Assembly (NCBI RefSeq): GCF_902652985.1
Contig: NC_047025.1
Coordinates: 33,108,001-33,172,000 of the forward strand
Source of the DNA: Pecten maximus
Lineage: Eukaryota
DNA length: 64,000 bases
Direction of reading: 5' to 3'
Each line of letters starts with the position of its first letter. Positions within the stretch are counted from its first letter, which is position 1. Below are positions 1 through 14,400 of this stretch, piece after piece. Both the position numbers and the translations under genes were made by a program. The notes beneath the pieces are model-generated. The model ran no database searches. It was given only the letters and a program-made list of their open reading frames with translations, and had not been told where the DNA came from.

Positions 1-223
1 TACATTTGTATCTGTCACTTGGATTTGCTATAAAACATTTTCATTATAGCTGTGTTCCCGACTTATAAAAGGTCTATTGTTTCCCCCCAAAAAATGTTAT
101 TATTCTTTCCATTTTCAGTATTAAGGACATCTAACAGTATATAGGTTAATGGCTAAGTTGCTAGACAAATCAAACGTGAAGTATTTTGACATTTTGTGTA
201 TGTCTGAAATCTTTATTTTGCAG

Positions 224-1250
224 GGAGGGTGAATCTCTAGATCCATGCAGTAACAGAGCCACTATATCAGATATAAGAAATTACTACATGGACTACGTGG
301 CCAGCCTTGACCTTCAGAATCACTTTTATGACCATCACACTGTTACATCCATCCAGAAAGTCTACCAAGTTCGTAACGGCATGGACCTCGAGAGTGGTGA
401 GGTGGAGCCGTGCTGTAAAAACATTGCCAAAAATCACACCTACCTCTGGGAAGTTCGAGGTTATATCAGTACGGCTGACCAATTAGCAGAGGACGAGGAG
501 GATGTGCATCGAAAGGAGTTTTGTATCCAAGCACCACATGTTGTGGTGGCTACTGGGACATTCGACATTCCAAACAGACTTAATATAACAGGAGAACTTC
601 TACCACATGTTATTCATTCACTGCATGATTTTGAATCTGCACTGAAATGTTGGAAGGAGATACCAAGGTCTTCAGATGATCCAGTGTTAATTGTTGGTGC
701 AGGGCTAAGCGCTGCTGATGCCATTCTCATGGCCCTAGATGCAAACCTTCCTGTGATTCATGTTTTCAGAAGAGGAGCCAATGACTCCAATTTAATTTTT
801 AAGAAACTGCCTCAGGGCCTGTATCCTGAGTATCATAGAATCCATTCATTGATGAAGGGTAAAGTGATTGACCCTCTGTACAGGCCATATGAGAAGCACT
901 GCTTGGTGCAGATTGATGAAGACAAACGTGTTTTGTTAGAAAATACCAAAGGAAATGATATTACTACAGTTGATGTCACATTTGCTGTCATCCTTATTGG
1001 TTCTCGCCCTAACCTATCGTTCCTTCCCGAGGAAGGAAGAAGTTTGGGCATAGATCCTCAACACCCAATCAACAGCAAGTATAACACATTGGACGTTGAC
1101 TTATTCTCATACGAGTCGGTCAAGCATAAAGGTCTGTTCTCTATGGGACCACTGGTTGGCGATAACTTTGTTAGGTTTGGTATCGGTGGTGCTCTTGGTA
1201 TCACCAACCACCTTGTAAAACATAGGAAGAAGGGAAATCCCTGCTGTTAA
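224..1250 (+). CDS. OSGIN2: Oxidative stress-induced growth inhibitor (OSGIN1/2-like) FAD/NAD(P)-dependent oxidoreductase, terminal coding exon; upstream exons lie outside the window
   Basis: Acceptor tttattttgcag at 212-223, then an open frame to TAA 1248-1250. Motifs VVVATGTFDIP, NAD(P)-binding VLIVGAGLSAADA, LPQGLYPEYHRIHSLM, LIGSRPNLSFL and GPLVGDNFVRF resemble the OSGIN C-terminal half. OSGIN1 vs OSGIN2 cannot be distinguished. Confidence 0.9.
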
Positions 1251-3084
1251 TTTTATAAGTACATGTGATCATTTGTAATTATTTATATGAGAAAATGATT
1301 ATATTGAGTGAATGAGTGTAAGAAACTTTAAATTTATGTATCAAATAATTGAGAAGAATGTTACAAATATGCAATACCGAATACTTGGCTTCATTGATAA
1401 TATAATTACAGAAATGAGACATTGTTATACAGGTATTTTTTTACCTGTTGCACATTTTTTCAAGAACACAATGTGGTACATTTTTAAAATTTCTTTTTTG
1501 ATCTGTTCGGATAGAATTAAAGATTTCACCAGAAAAACTGCCTAATGGCAGTAATAATATGACATAATTTTTGAAAGATGTTCCTTGAAAATATCTGAAC
1601 TAGTAATGGTGACATAACAAGACCAGTTACTTTCAGAATTAAAAATAAATTGGAATTGACAAAATCAGTTACTTTTGGAATGAATTTTACACATCTACGG
1701 CCATAAGCAGTTGTTGGAATGGCTGGAAAAATGCAAAGATTAATTTTAATTGGCCTAATGCATTATTAAAATAATTCATTTGGCCTCATTGCTCCCATAT
1801 CACTTTTATGTATTACAATCATCAATACAAAATTTATGCAAACTATATATTGAAATAGAAACTTGTTTTAAAAGTTTATGTCTAAGTTGCAAGTTGAAAG
1901 TCATTGAAAGTCATTCAAAGCAAACATTTGAAAACTTGATAAGCTGCAATTTCTAGATACCAGTGTTTTTATTAGTGGACTGGATGTAGATAAATTACTG
2001 TTGAGAGGGCAGCAGTGATATTCTGTGTACATGCTTTATGTGCTGACTGGTGAAATCAAGAGTCATCCAAGTGAGGTTCTACACAGTACAGTTAACGACG
2101 TCCGTCCAGCTGTCCTTCTTGAATTTCTGTTGGTATCTCATAATAGAGGTTTTCTAATTTCTATAAGAGTACAGGTTATTTAAAAAAAAATTTACATTTT
2201 ACTTTGTGTGAATGCCGTTTTATTAATGTAATTTTTCTTTTCTTTTTTGTTAAATTGTTGAAAAATAAAGCCATTATTTTTAAGGTTTGAAATTGTTTAC
2301 TTTTGATAAATGCTAATGAAGACTTTAATGCTTTCTTTAGTTGCATGGAAAATAATGTTATCGTTTTTATGGTTTTGTTTTGTTGTTTAATTTTCTGTCC
2401 AAAGAAAGAAATTGGCCGAGGAACCAGTGAATAAGTTGTGTACAAGGTGGTACAGTAGAGGACACAATATGTGGGAGTTGTTAGGTTGTGAACTAAAGTT
2501 ATCATACAATAATTTATAATAAACCCAATCAGAATTCTATGTACTTTTACATATTTACAATTTATTAGTGTATTATATATATAATTCGGGTAGAAGAGTT
2601 TGCATTTATATTCCTTAAATACAAGAGCATTGGAGCTGTCTCATATACACGTATATGGGAACTTTTTAAAACAAAAATGTTTCACAGGGATTTCTAAGAT
2701 TTACGACCTTCCGGGATATTAATGTTAAAAATAATCATTATAGCTTCATATCTAACACAAAAATAGTAGTTTTTATGGCGTTTAAAAGAAATTTTATCAT
2801 TTAAGCCTAACACAGGTTATAATGCAGTAAACCCATATAGTTGAGTTTCAAGCAGAATGCATTTTTAGTTGCCTTGGTGATGAATAGTGGTACAGAGTAT
2901 TTCTCTAAGTCATAAGTTATCCCTGAAACATGAAACATGCTGTTTGAATTAAACAGAGTTGTCCCATAGTCTTTGATACATGACCCCCATGTATTCACAA
3001 AACCCTGATCAAGGTGAGGTACTTGTTCTTTATAATGAATATTATACACCGCCTTTCCATTGAAAACCTTACTTCACTATTAAA

Positions 3085-3257
3085 CTGTCAACTGTTTCGG
3101 ATTACTTCCCTTTATCTAAGATACTGTCAACTTGCTCAATTTACTTCCCTTTATATAAAATACTATTAACTGGCTCAATTTACTTCCCTTTATATAAGAT
3201 ACTATTAACTGGCTCAAATTATTTCCTTTTATCTAAAATGCTGTCAACTGGCTCAAA
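3085..3257. repeat. Degenerate ~39-bp tandem repeat, ~4 copies
   Basis: Unit ttacttccctttat(a/c)taagatact(g/a)t(c/t)aactggctcaa repeated. Confidence 0.8.
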
Positions 3258-5327
3258 TGATATTAACTTCCATCTATCTAAATTACCGTTGACTCCTATC
3301 ACTTTCCTTTGCCTTTGGCTTATTGTTCTGATGTTGGAGTGTGTGCCTACATCACTTCTACAGTGATAAGGGTTATGGCAGACATGACAGGGTAGTATTT
3401 GATTTCACAGATTTTATCTGAGGGTTATATGTAGTAAATTGAATTTGGATAGTCAGTGGAGTTTTCAGAACTTCTGCATGTTTTTGCTTTTTATTCAATT
3501 TGTTACCGTATGAGTGAATGTCACATTTTACTCTCAGTGTCGAGGTTTAATGACCATGTTCTTCAAAGTCCAAACATGTACCATTAATTCCTGGTACTAT
3601 TCTCACCGAGTTGATCAAGTTAGATTAGTAATTCGGCTGAGACTACAACGAATGGATTTTCATAATGTAATAAATAACTTTGATGTCTATGTAGTTACAT
3701 TCTTAAATGCACATTAGTGAAAGTCATTATTCATGTCTTTAGAAATTATGTGCTGATGGAATAAATAGATTCCATGATTAATCTTGTCACATATGTGTGT
3801 AAATACTGTACATTGAAATTGCTACAATATTCAATTTTATCATTAGACTTGTTATCAGCTAGGTTTTTTGTTACCATAATTTAAAGTGCAATCAGTATGA
3901 TTTTCATAGTTTAATTTGTTTTTATGATTTGATACTTTAAATCATGCCACATAGTCAAATTTGGTAAATTATAAATTATCAAGATTTGTGACGAAACATA
4001 TTTATTATCAAAATGAAATCCTCATGCTTTCAAAGCATTGAATTAATGTCAGTAATTGTGTGTTCTGTGTGAAGTAAGTCACATTGCTCAAAATCAGGTT
4101 TGACCTTGTGACAAACATGACTTGGTGACACAGGTTTAATGTTTGACCTTGCAACACAAATTTGACCTTGTGATTTCAGTAGTACGTAAAGCTTTTGAGG
4201 TTTTGATGCAAGATTTACTCTCTGATTCTTACCAGGAATCTACTTTTACCTTCATCCTTGTGATGCTGGTATGCAAGCTTGATATTTTGGTGAAGTTTTC
4301 AGTAAAGATTTTGAAAGCCAAGTTAAAAATTGTGATGCAAGTTGGAAGACAATAAAGAAATCAGTGTTTTTCCTGCATATTTTGGCTGAATTTAGGCCCC
4401 TGCTCCCAATTGTGTATGCTGGCTTTGGCAATAAAGGTTGTCTTCAAATTTTTCATGCAAGGACACAAAATCCATCAATTTAAGTTCCCCATTTGCAACA
4501 TTGTTTTGTCACTCAAAACAATTTCCATTTTCTGCCAGGAGGCAATTTCCCAAAATGTTCAGGAAAAGCACTGCAAGCTCATGCAATGTGACCTTGTGAT
4601 ACTCATCCATACATGTACGTGTCTCTTGACCTAGTCAGACATGTATGTGGTCATGTGATCATGATATTTGTGATATTGGAGTTAACATTGTGATAACTTT
4701 TCAACCTTGTGGTGTTACAAAGTTGGACTTGCCGGTTTGTAGAAAAAGTTAAAAGATAATTGACAAATACTGTTAAGAACATGGAAACCAGGTGCCTTTT
4801 TAATTTTCATATGTGTTATTTCAGACATGAATCTTCGACAGATATTAATACAAGTCTTGAAAGTCTTATTCAAAGCTCAACCAAAAGCCACATAAAATCA
4901 CTTAATCGATCATTATTTCATTAATGAACAACTCTGGTCCAATCAGTCTTACAGTTTGTACTGTGATAAAACGACCCTATTTAGTTAGGTAATATAGCTG
5001 AAATGTGTTTCTGTGTTCTGATTCTGACATTCATTTCCCTATAATAATTTCATCTTGTTTAAATTATGTAAATTTACGTTTTTAAAGTTTTATCCATAAA
5101 TATGAACATAGAGGAAATGGAAATACCATGTATGTTATGGAAACAATTTGCTCAACTTTCTTCTATGAAAAAAATATACATCTTTGTATATTGTACACAT
5201 GATCATAATAAGTCCATCTAAATATTATTTTAAGTTATGAAACCAGTTTTGAAAAAAAATATGTTGGGGCCAATTTGTGTACTTGAATATAATGAGGAAT
5301 AGTCACCATTACAATACTATATAGACT

Positions 5328-5719
5328 TATCTTTGGTGAGGCTAGTAAGACGGTATCTTTGGTGGGGCTAGTAAGACGGTATCTTTGGAGAGGCTAGTAA
5401 GACGGTATCTTTGGTGGGGCTAGTAAGACGGTATCTTTGGTGGGGCTAGTAAGACGGTATCTTTGGTGGGGCTAGTAAGACGGTATCTTTGGTGGGGCTA
5501 GTAAGACGGTATCTTTGGTGGGGCTAGTAAGACGGTATCTTTGGTGGGGCTAGTAAGACGGTATCTTTGGTGGGGCTAGTAAGACGGTATCTTTGGTGGG
5601 ACTAGTAAGACGGTATCTTTGGTGAGGCTAGTAAGACGGTATCTTTGGTGGGGCTAGTAAGACGGTATCTTTGGTGGGGCTAGTAAGACGGTATCTTTGG
5701 TGGGGCTAGTAAGACGGTA
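5328..5719. repeat. 26-bp minisatellite, ~15 near-identical copies
   Basis: Unit tatctttggtggggctagtaagacgg, head-to-tail with no spacers. Confidence 0.97.
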
Positions 5720-8213
5720 GTTATCAAGTTCAGGTCAAATCTTATTATACTTTATTGGTATTTTTAGTATATATATATGTATCTGTTGTATGTGAAGAGT
5801 GGCAATTGAAATGGGAGTAATTTTGTTTGAATGTGTGCTTAAGAAACAGAAACTTAATGCAACATTCAAGAATTAATACTGTAAAAGTACTGAATTAGGT
5901 ATACACAAGTTTTAGTGCAAAATCCGATTATAACTGATTTGCAGAATGATGAATTAAGAAACCATAAAAGCCAGGTGTAGAAAACAATGTAAAGTCATTA
6001 CATTAAGAACAATCATAATCTACCAGAAAACTTTCAGGTTGATATTAGCTTAATAAGATTCCTGCTAAAATATTTACATCAACTGTAAGAGAACTTTTAT
6101 CAACAAGGAGGTCAGAAGATTGTAATGTCATTGTCAGTTTTTGATTTTTTTTTTTTTTTTTTTTTTTTGCTAATTCTGCTCTAAATGGAAGTGGGTTGCA
6201 TGCTTAGAAAATTGTTTCTGTTTTGTCATACAAATTTTGCTTTTTCTGTTGTTGTTTTTTTTAACCTAAGAACATTGCTTATATTAAGTCACCATTGATC
6301 TGTTATTGTTTTACATAACTTTTAATTCAGAGATAACAAATGTAGATTTACTATTTCCCAGCATATAATTGAGCAGATTTGAGATGTATTAACTAGTCCT
6401 AACGACCCAATCAAAGCTCATGTAGCACTCCCATATTAATTCAACTCAAATTCCCCACAATAATTTCTCAGGAAGTGGTCTTTATTACATATGTTGTAGA
6501 TTTATTTTCAAAATGAGGCCTTGATAGGTATGGCAACAAGTAGAAGTAGGATATTTACGATTAGGGGTATATTTTAGATAGTCTTTGTTTCTTTATAGAT
6601 ATAGTTTGTTTCATTTTCACAAATGTTTGTGATATAGGGACAGTTCTACCTTGTTGGTGTACAATGACACAGATTCTTTTTTTTTCAGTGAGAAAATATA
6701 TATTGATGTAAATTACAATATGTATAAGGAGTATATATAGCCTGCGGATAACTATATTCATCCATTACCATGATCCCGGTGTAGCCAGTATTTCCACCCC
6801 AATCAGGTTCACTGATTAATAAAAAAAACGATTACAAAATTTGAGCAAGGTTTAGTATCTGTTTTTTTTTTATTATTTGTTTTTCATATCTTAATGGCCA
6901 ATTGATTGATTAAGTCATTTTGGAACAAGAATTAACTTGTTCTTGAGAATTTGTTGATATTTAAACCCTAAAGTATTTTAGAGAATGTATTTGTCCCGTG
7001 TTTGCTGTTGGGTTGTGATTCTCATCATACGATCAAACCTATAATGAAATTGTCCATAGGAAGATAAAATGTCTTTTTCTTCAACATAGATTGGTACACT
7101 AATACACTGTCATCCAAGAAAAACTATACATTCTTTTGAATTGTTGAAACATTATAAGAGCATCATTCATAGTCTAAAAAAGCATTATTATAGAAATGTG
7201 ATCTGGCAAAACAATTAGAATACACAATATTGTAATCATTTTTACCGAATTTCAAACTTTTGTCTGAAAATGTATAGTAACTATGGATGGCAGTGTGTAT
7301 TTGCTATTGTGGTGATGGTAAAATTGTGATCCCTTGTTAAAGGGAATTCTTCGATAGGTTTGACTTTATTGGTAACATTGTTTACTTGTAAAGGTGATCC
7401 TGACAAACTGTCTTTTGACCTTAGCTGTCTTGACAGTACACATGTTAGTTTGCATTTCCTATAAAAATGTCCAAAGATATAGGGCAAGATGTTTTTATTA
7501 TTAGTGGGTATATGAAAATGTGTGTTTGAACCTTTGAATGTGCACAATACAGATCCCTTTAGCCTAGTTGTAGTGTGTACATTTACCACTAGAGAGTTAG
7601 AGCCCCTGTGTGGGCAGACTATATTTCATTACTACTCACTACTTCTGATTAATATCTGGATGTTGTTAACCACTCCCAAATGTAAACTACAGGAACTATT
7701 GCAGAGACTTTATTTTAGCTGGGTTTATGTTTTCCTCGGATGTATGAGGAATACAAGATGGAGGGAGTAGTGTAAGGATTGAGAGTATTAAACCTTGCTA
7801 GTTCAGGCTGATGTAGATATTGGTTTAGCCTAGTGGTAAAGAGTATGCTTACAGAGAAACAGTGCCAGGATAGGCAGGGTTCATTAGTCCATTGTAGACC
7901 CAGTTACCTCCTGATATTTCCCTTTTGAGAGTACTATACCTTGTCAAGATTGCACAAATAAAACACTTTTTTTTAGTATTTACTACTATGTCTTTCAAAT
8001 CATTTGTATTTTTTACAAAAATGAAAGTAACAACTGCCTTTAAGAAAAATAAAATTATTTATTTCTCTTTAAACTTTTAATCATGTTGTGTTTTCCTTTT
8101 CATATGCGTGAGATATGTAGGCCATTTAATAAATTGTTGTAAATGGCAAAAATCAAATTCAGGATTTCCAGCCAATGCCATGGTGTTGCCTTTCATCCAT
8201 TTGCTTGCTGTCG

Positions 8214-8607
8214 TTTTTAGCTCACCTGGACCAAAGGTCCGGTGAGCTTATGTCATGGTGCGGCGTCTGTCGTCAGTCCATCGTCCGTCAACATTTGCTT
8301 TAAATCGCTACTAGTCATGAAGTTGTTATTGGATTTTGACCAAATTTAGTCAGAAACATCCTTGGCGGAAGAGGATCAGATTTTGCATAAATGGTGACTC
8401 TGACCCCCAAGGGGCCAAAAGGTTAGGGCCAAATAGGGGAAATTGAGGCAATTCCTCTAAATCTCTACTAGTCATAAAGTTATGAATAGTTTTGAACCCA
8501 ATTTGGTCAGAAACATCCTTGGGGGAAGGGGAACAGATTTTGCACAAATGGTGACTCTGACCCCCAAGGGGCCAAAGGAATTACCTCTATTTCCCCTATT
8601 GGGCCCC
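8214..8607 (+). mobile_element. 5' part of a non-autonomous Helentron/HINE (pearl-like) element with ~158-bp internal repeats
   Basis: Starts ttttagctcacctggacc-aaa-ggtccggtgagc (hairpin), followed by a gtcc-like tract and two ~158-bp units (ttaaatcgctactagtcat...gtcagaaacatccttgg...tgactctgacccccaaggggcc) also found at 52400-52980. Confidence 0.75.
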
Positions 8608-11404
8608 AACATCTGGATTTGAGCCATTCCAGTTCCGGTTTTATGGACCATACAATTTTCTTTTTTCGTATGTATGGGAAGGGAGGCAACTCTTATTGGA
8701 GGTACTGTTTTCCAGTATTTAGAGAGCTGCGCTCTTATTAACCAAATACTGAGGGGTCCCTGAGGTATGTCATTGGTTCAGAATAGGAGGGAGTCAAATG
8801 TAGCCTTTGATTTGTGAACATCAACGTAATATTATCAGTAGAACTTAATGTTACGACACTATTGGTATGGTGTACAAATTGTAAGTAAGAACGAAATATA
8901 CGGAGGGGTTCTGTGTATACCACTGATTCAGAACAGGACGGGCAGACACTCGATAGGTTGGACAGACATGGCCACCGTCTACAGATTCATCTGAACGGAT
9001 ACCTGTATTGAAAGACTTTCAGAGCGGAGTTGAGCATCATCCACAGATGGTCCTAATTAAAATCCTGACCTTTCTTTGCCAGATATGGCCACCATCTTGA
9101 TTAATATACTTAGTAGTTGTCACTATTTCTCCTAAAAGGCAATTGTATTGAGAATTCCATAATTTAGTATGTAGTTCAGAACTCTGTGTTTCAAAAAGAA
9201 AACAGAAGAATGAAGAAGATTTAATAACTTTATATAATATAATCAGTTTATGACATTTATATTGCACAAGTGTAATAAAATTGTATATTACACGGACATT
9301 TTTTAGCATTCAAATGGTTACCACAGTTCAACTATTATGTCATTTTCTCCAACACCAATGCTGACAACCAAACTTAATTATTTGATTTACACATAGAATA
9401 GTTCGTTAATCTGTCTGCTATAGTTCCAACATGATGAATTGAAACAATTGAAATATTTGATCCATATATATCAAGCAAAGAAATGTACAAGAAAGACTGT
9501 ATGGAATAAAGATCTGGAGGATTTGAGGTACTCATTCCATTGCACTATAATATGGTTATAAGATACTTTAATAAAATTGAGGTATTTTGATAAATCCTGA
9601 ATGGTTCTTGCTTCGCAATGATAGAACAATTGAACATGTGTTGGAACACGCTTTAGATACAGAGAATTCTTTATTGATATGTGATTGAAAGTCATTCTTG
9701 ACCATTTTACACTGGTACCATCTTGCTTGAATGTAACTTGCTGTGGGTAAAACAGACAGGCAGGCAGCACAAAAGACATACCCAAATCAAGTGTGCCCAA
9801 TGATTTATAGTGGTAAATGTTAATCTCGTGTAACAATTTGGAAAGTACCAATACAGTCTACGTCATTTAAAGCTATCTGGTTTTAACGGCTGACTTTCAT
9901 TAGTTTGATGTGTATATCATTTACAATCAATATACTTTCCAACATTAGTATAATACCTTCATCACAGAGACATATTTAACAAGATATCACAGACGGACCT
10001 TGGCTCCCACCACTGAATGGTATTAATGCTGATCATTTCTCTACTATTCTTATCTTCCTCCTTTCCTCTTAATTGAGATCAAGGGGAGCCTACATATGAA
10101 ATATGTATAAGAAATATCCAACAAGAACATGGAAAAATAGCTATCAAACAAAAGGAACTTATAAATATGGAGAAACATTTATACCGAGCTTTCTGAAAAA
10201 TAGTGACAACAAAGTTGTACTCTTAAAATTCAAACCTGTCGACTACCGGTATTTTTTTTCCTGACCAGTCTCAAAATTGAACATAAAGAACTTTATGAGA
10301 AGTAACGATGTAACAAACTTCAATTGTTAAAACTTTAAAATTACAACCTGCTGGCCATTTTGTTTTTGGATAATCTCAAAATTGATCCTGCACACTCAGG
10401 GACCAAGGAAAATGTCCAAATAAAATTTGAGCGAGATCCTGCTGGTACTAAAGAAATTCCAGGTAGTTATAACAAGGACTGTCAACAGACTATGGACAAA
10501 GGGCTTTTTGAACAAGCCACCATCATCACATGGTGGGCTAATGAAATTAGCAAGAAATACATATACATATTTGTATATACATGTGGAACATTGAAGTATT
10601 CAAGAGTTGTAAGTTTAGAAATCCAACATTTTAGACATTGTAAGTATCATCGTAGTCTTACTACATGTCATGATTTAACTTTAGCTTTTATTTGGAGAGG
10701 AAAGCATGTGGCCAAAACTAAAACACTATACTGTATACAGATTGATAGGAAGGTTCAAATTAGTTATCAAGCAAGCGCCAATATATCCTTTAGTGGTGTA
10801 TATTTACTACACACACTATGAGACCCCGGGTAGTATTTGTTTTATACATTGTATAAGATCATTTTACAATGCCACTTATTAAAGCAAGACAGCACAGCAA
10901 TATATATATTGTACAATGGTTGTTTGATGGCGGTGAATGTGATGTGACACAAGACAAAGCTTAAACTTAAGTGGTATAATGTTCATATAGGTTCATATGA
11001 CAATGTACACTTAATATTTTATTAACAATACAATATACCTTAATTGAAAAAAAAAAAAATCCAAAAATTCTAAATTTACCTTAATACAGAGCAAAAAAAA
11101 AGACAGCATTGTTGTACCAAACTTCTGGATATGGTGTCATAATCATTGTAATTAAATTTTATTGGTTTTTCCAAAATGACACATAATAATTTGAAGCAGT
11201 TAAACACAAAAATTCAATAATCATTGACCTATTGATCAATTATACTCTGATAATACCTGTACATGTACCTCATAACAGTAATATTACCTGGAATTTATAT
11301 GATAGCATCAACAAGCACCTCTGTCAACAAACACTCACACTCCTCAACATAGCACTCACAAACCATAGCATGAAATGTTCCTATAAATACTAACACTCTT
11401 AATA

Positions 11405-14400
11405 TCAGGAAACTGTCGACTCCTCAGGTTTAATATTTCTGTCTGGTTTCAAACCATCAACACCCTCTCCTTGTCCATCCTCTTGTGATGGTTGTTTGGG
11501 AAAATAGCCCTCTGTTCGAAATATTTCCGGAGGGGTGAATGACAGAGTCCGGTTGTCTTTGGTCTGTGAACGTTTCTATAAGAAACAAAACAGGGAATTG
11601 ATACAAGCATTTTGTAAATAGATAATTCAACCTCTTTAAACAAAGCAAAATATACATCGGAAACTTATGGTAGATAAATAATTCCAACCTCTTCAATCAA
11701 AGCAAAATACACATTGGAATCCCACAGTAGATAGACAATTCAACCTCTTCAAACAAAGCAAAATATTCATTCGAACCTAATGATTTTCCTTGTTAAACAA
11801 AGATATCATTCTCTCTTTATCCAAGGAAAACAAACAGATACAATTCTCCCCTTATCAATCAATTTCTTTATCTGATTTGATCTAATTTGACATTTGCAGT
11901 AACATGCGTGTACATTGTACGTCAACAGACCAGATAGGATATACAGTGTAGTAGAAAAAACAGGAAGAGATAAAATGTCTTCTGTCAATCAACAGAGAGA
12001 CCAGTGTCAACTGGCAAGGCATAATATGACTGATCAATATCTATCATTAAACAGTTTCCACCAAGGCTCCAGTGCTAAGTATCACAGGGGCTTCACATGT
12101 TCCTATTAAGTTGAAAAGATTTATATTGTCAAAATCCCCAGTTTTCAAATCTTTACCAAAATGAGCATTTTAATAATTTCTAATATATTGTGAAGGAGCA
12201 TTTTCATAATTTCTAATATACTGTGAAGGGGCATTCATATGCTTCATTATCATGTTCATGTACAAGTTAGTACGTTCTTTGACAGATTTCAAATACATGA
12301 GCTCACAATAAAGGTAATGGTCAAAGTATGGCTACTATGCAGACTTTTTAAGTATTTGCGGGTTAAAACAAACTACAATAGGTTATTCTGTTTTCATTGA
12401 TTTATCACAACAAGAAGACTTACTGGACTCACAAACGAGGAGAGCATTTTCTTGAGACCACTAAATGAGCCCATCTCATCCTCTGCCTTATTGACACACT
12501 CCTCCATCGTTCCAATGTTGTCACGTACCACTGATACAAATGCCTGTCAAACAAATATATATACAACATTTAAATGACCATTCATGATTTTATTGACAAC
12601 AACCATCTATAATGGTTCATAAATGTTGTGTCTTAATGAATCACTTATAATGAAGATTTTGCATCAAGTTTGATGAAATTACAAACCTCAAGTTTGTCGA
12701 TCTTATCAAATATAGCTTGGATCTCAGCCTGCTTGCCCTGTATCTTTGGTAATGTGGAAGTTAGGCACAGAGTGGAGTCACTGCGAATCTGTAATGTGCA
12801 ACAAACCATATTATGTGTCTACAGTTTAATGATAAAGAAGGGCTGAATCCATCACATTAAATTGCCAGTATGGAATCTTGGCCAAATTATTATTTCCAAT
12901 TTTTATGTTGAATGTTATGTTGGTGATGTTTTAGGATATGGCAATAGTTATATTTCTAACAGACGTGATATGATTCCCCAATGCATTTCTGAATCATAAT
13001 GTAGAAATTGTATGGATGCATTTTCAGATAATGGTATTCAAATACCAAAAATTACCTCTGTTGGTGATTTTTGTTAAATCAAACGTAACCCATGTGAAAC
13101 CCATTACAGGTACCAATTCAAATGTGTTGTTGATCTTGTGTAGTCTACGAAATAAATACTATGCATATAAATATATAGTTTCATATTTCATAGTTCACAA
13201 TAGTGACCTTGAAAATAGGCCAAGGTCATTTATATGCCAAATAACTATATTTCTGTTACAGGAAAATATCAGACATGTGGGTCTTCGGGATCTCAAAAAG
13301 AGGATCCTTGAATTTTTGAACATATCTAACCCCTGTTACCTCTCAAATAGGCTCAGCCAGGGTCATTTAAGGACGCGCCAGGTTTTTGAGGTGGATGAAA
13401 GCCGGAGTACCTGGAGAAAAACCACCGACCTACGATCAGTATCAAGAAGGTTTCGAACTCGCAACCCAGAGGTTGAGGGCTAGTGTCAAAGTGTCGGGGC
13501 ACCTTAACCACTCTGCAACCGCGGCCCCTCTCTAAAATTATAAGTAATAAGGTCCAGGACATTCCTTTGAAGAAACTTCTTACTACTTTGTTCTAAGAAC
13601 CTGCTGGTAAAATATCCAACCTCTGGGGCTTAATGGAAGTTGAAAAGTTCCTCAAAGGGCTTTTTCCTATTTGACCCAGTGACCATAAAAGGTCAAGGTC
13701 AGGTATATGAAGAAACTTTTTAGGACACAGACCTTGAGGCCCACTGACAACATATCAGGCCTCAGGTCTTCTGGATCATGAGAAGGAGACTCTGAAAGTT
13801 TTTACTATATATATGATGACCTTTTTACCTTGGTATGCACATGTTGGCCCTGACTGACCCCCAGGGGCTGATGGGCAGGGCTAAAAAGGGTCAAATTAAC
13901 TGAAATTTCAAAAATCTTCTTCTCAAGACCCAAATAAGGTAGAATCAAATACTCTTCATAGATGGAAGGGTCTTATGGTGCTTTACTAAAAAAAAATGTT
14001 TTCAGGTAACACATTTGCCTCTGCGCCAGTGTCAAATTTCAAATCAACCATGTAGTTGTGCACACTCAATATAGTTTCCAAGTCCCTGTTCGATTCCTGT
14101 GATGATTTATAACACCAATAGTTAGATGGTTTACAAATAACCATCCGGTTTCTGTTCCTACACATGGATTTGTAGTGGTTTTATTTCCACTTTTGTAGCA
14201 CGTCTTCCCCTAGGCAGGACACTGTCTGGGGGCACGTTCATTACCACATTTACCACACACCTTACCAGTTTTCTGTGAAGTACTAGCATTCAGTTACTGT
14301 CTTTAATTCTTCAGATGAGACCTGGATTTTGACTTTGCATTTCCTGGAGACTGACGTGTTTTGCTTTACAACATTACTTTATGTTCAGTTTCATTCAAAT

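Noticed and set aside
5328-5719. CRISPR-like array of ~26-bp repeats
   Set aside because: Units are contiguous with no unique spacers, there are no cas genes, and the context is eukaryotic: this is a minisatellite.
9471-10821. 126-aa and 153-aa ORFs between OSGIN and BLOC1S4
   Set aside because: Non-ATG starts, no recognisable motifs, and partial overlap with decayed repeats.
13450-13528. tRNA gene
   Set aside because: A/B boxes are present but continue into a SINE body with no cloverleaf acceptor stem. The same applies to 55730-55806 and the very decayed A-box at ~7823.
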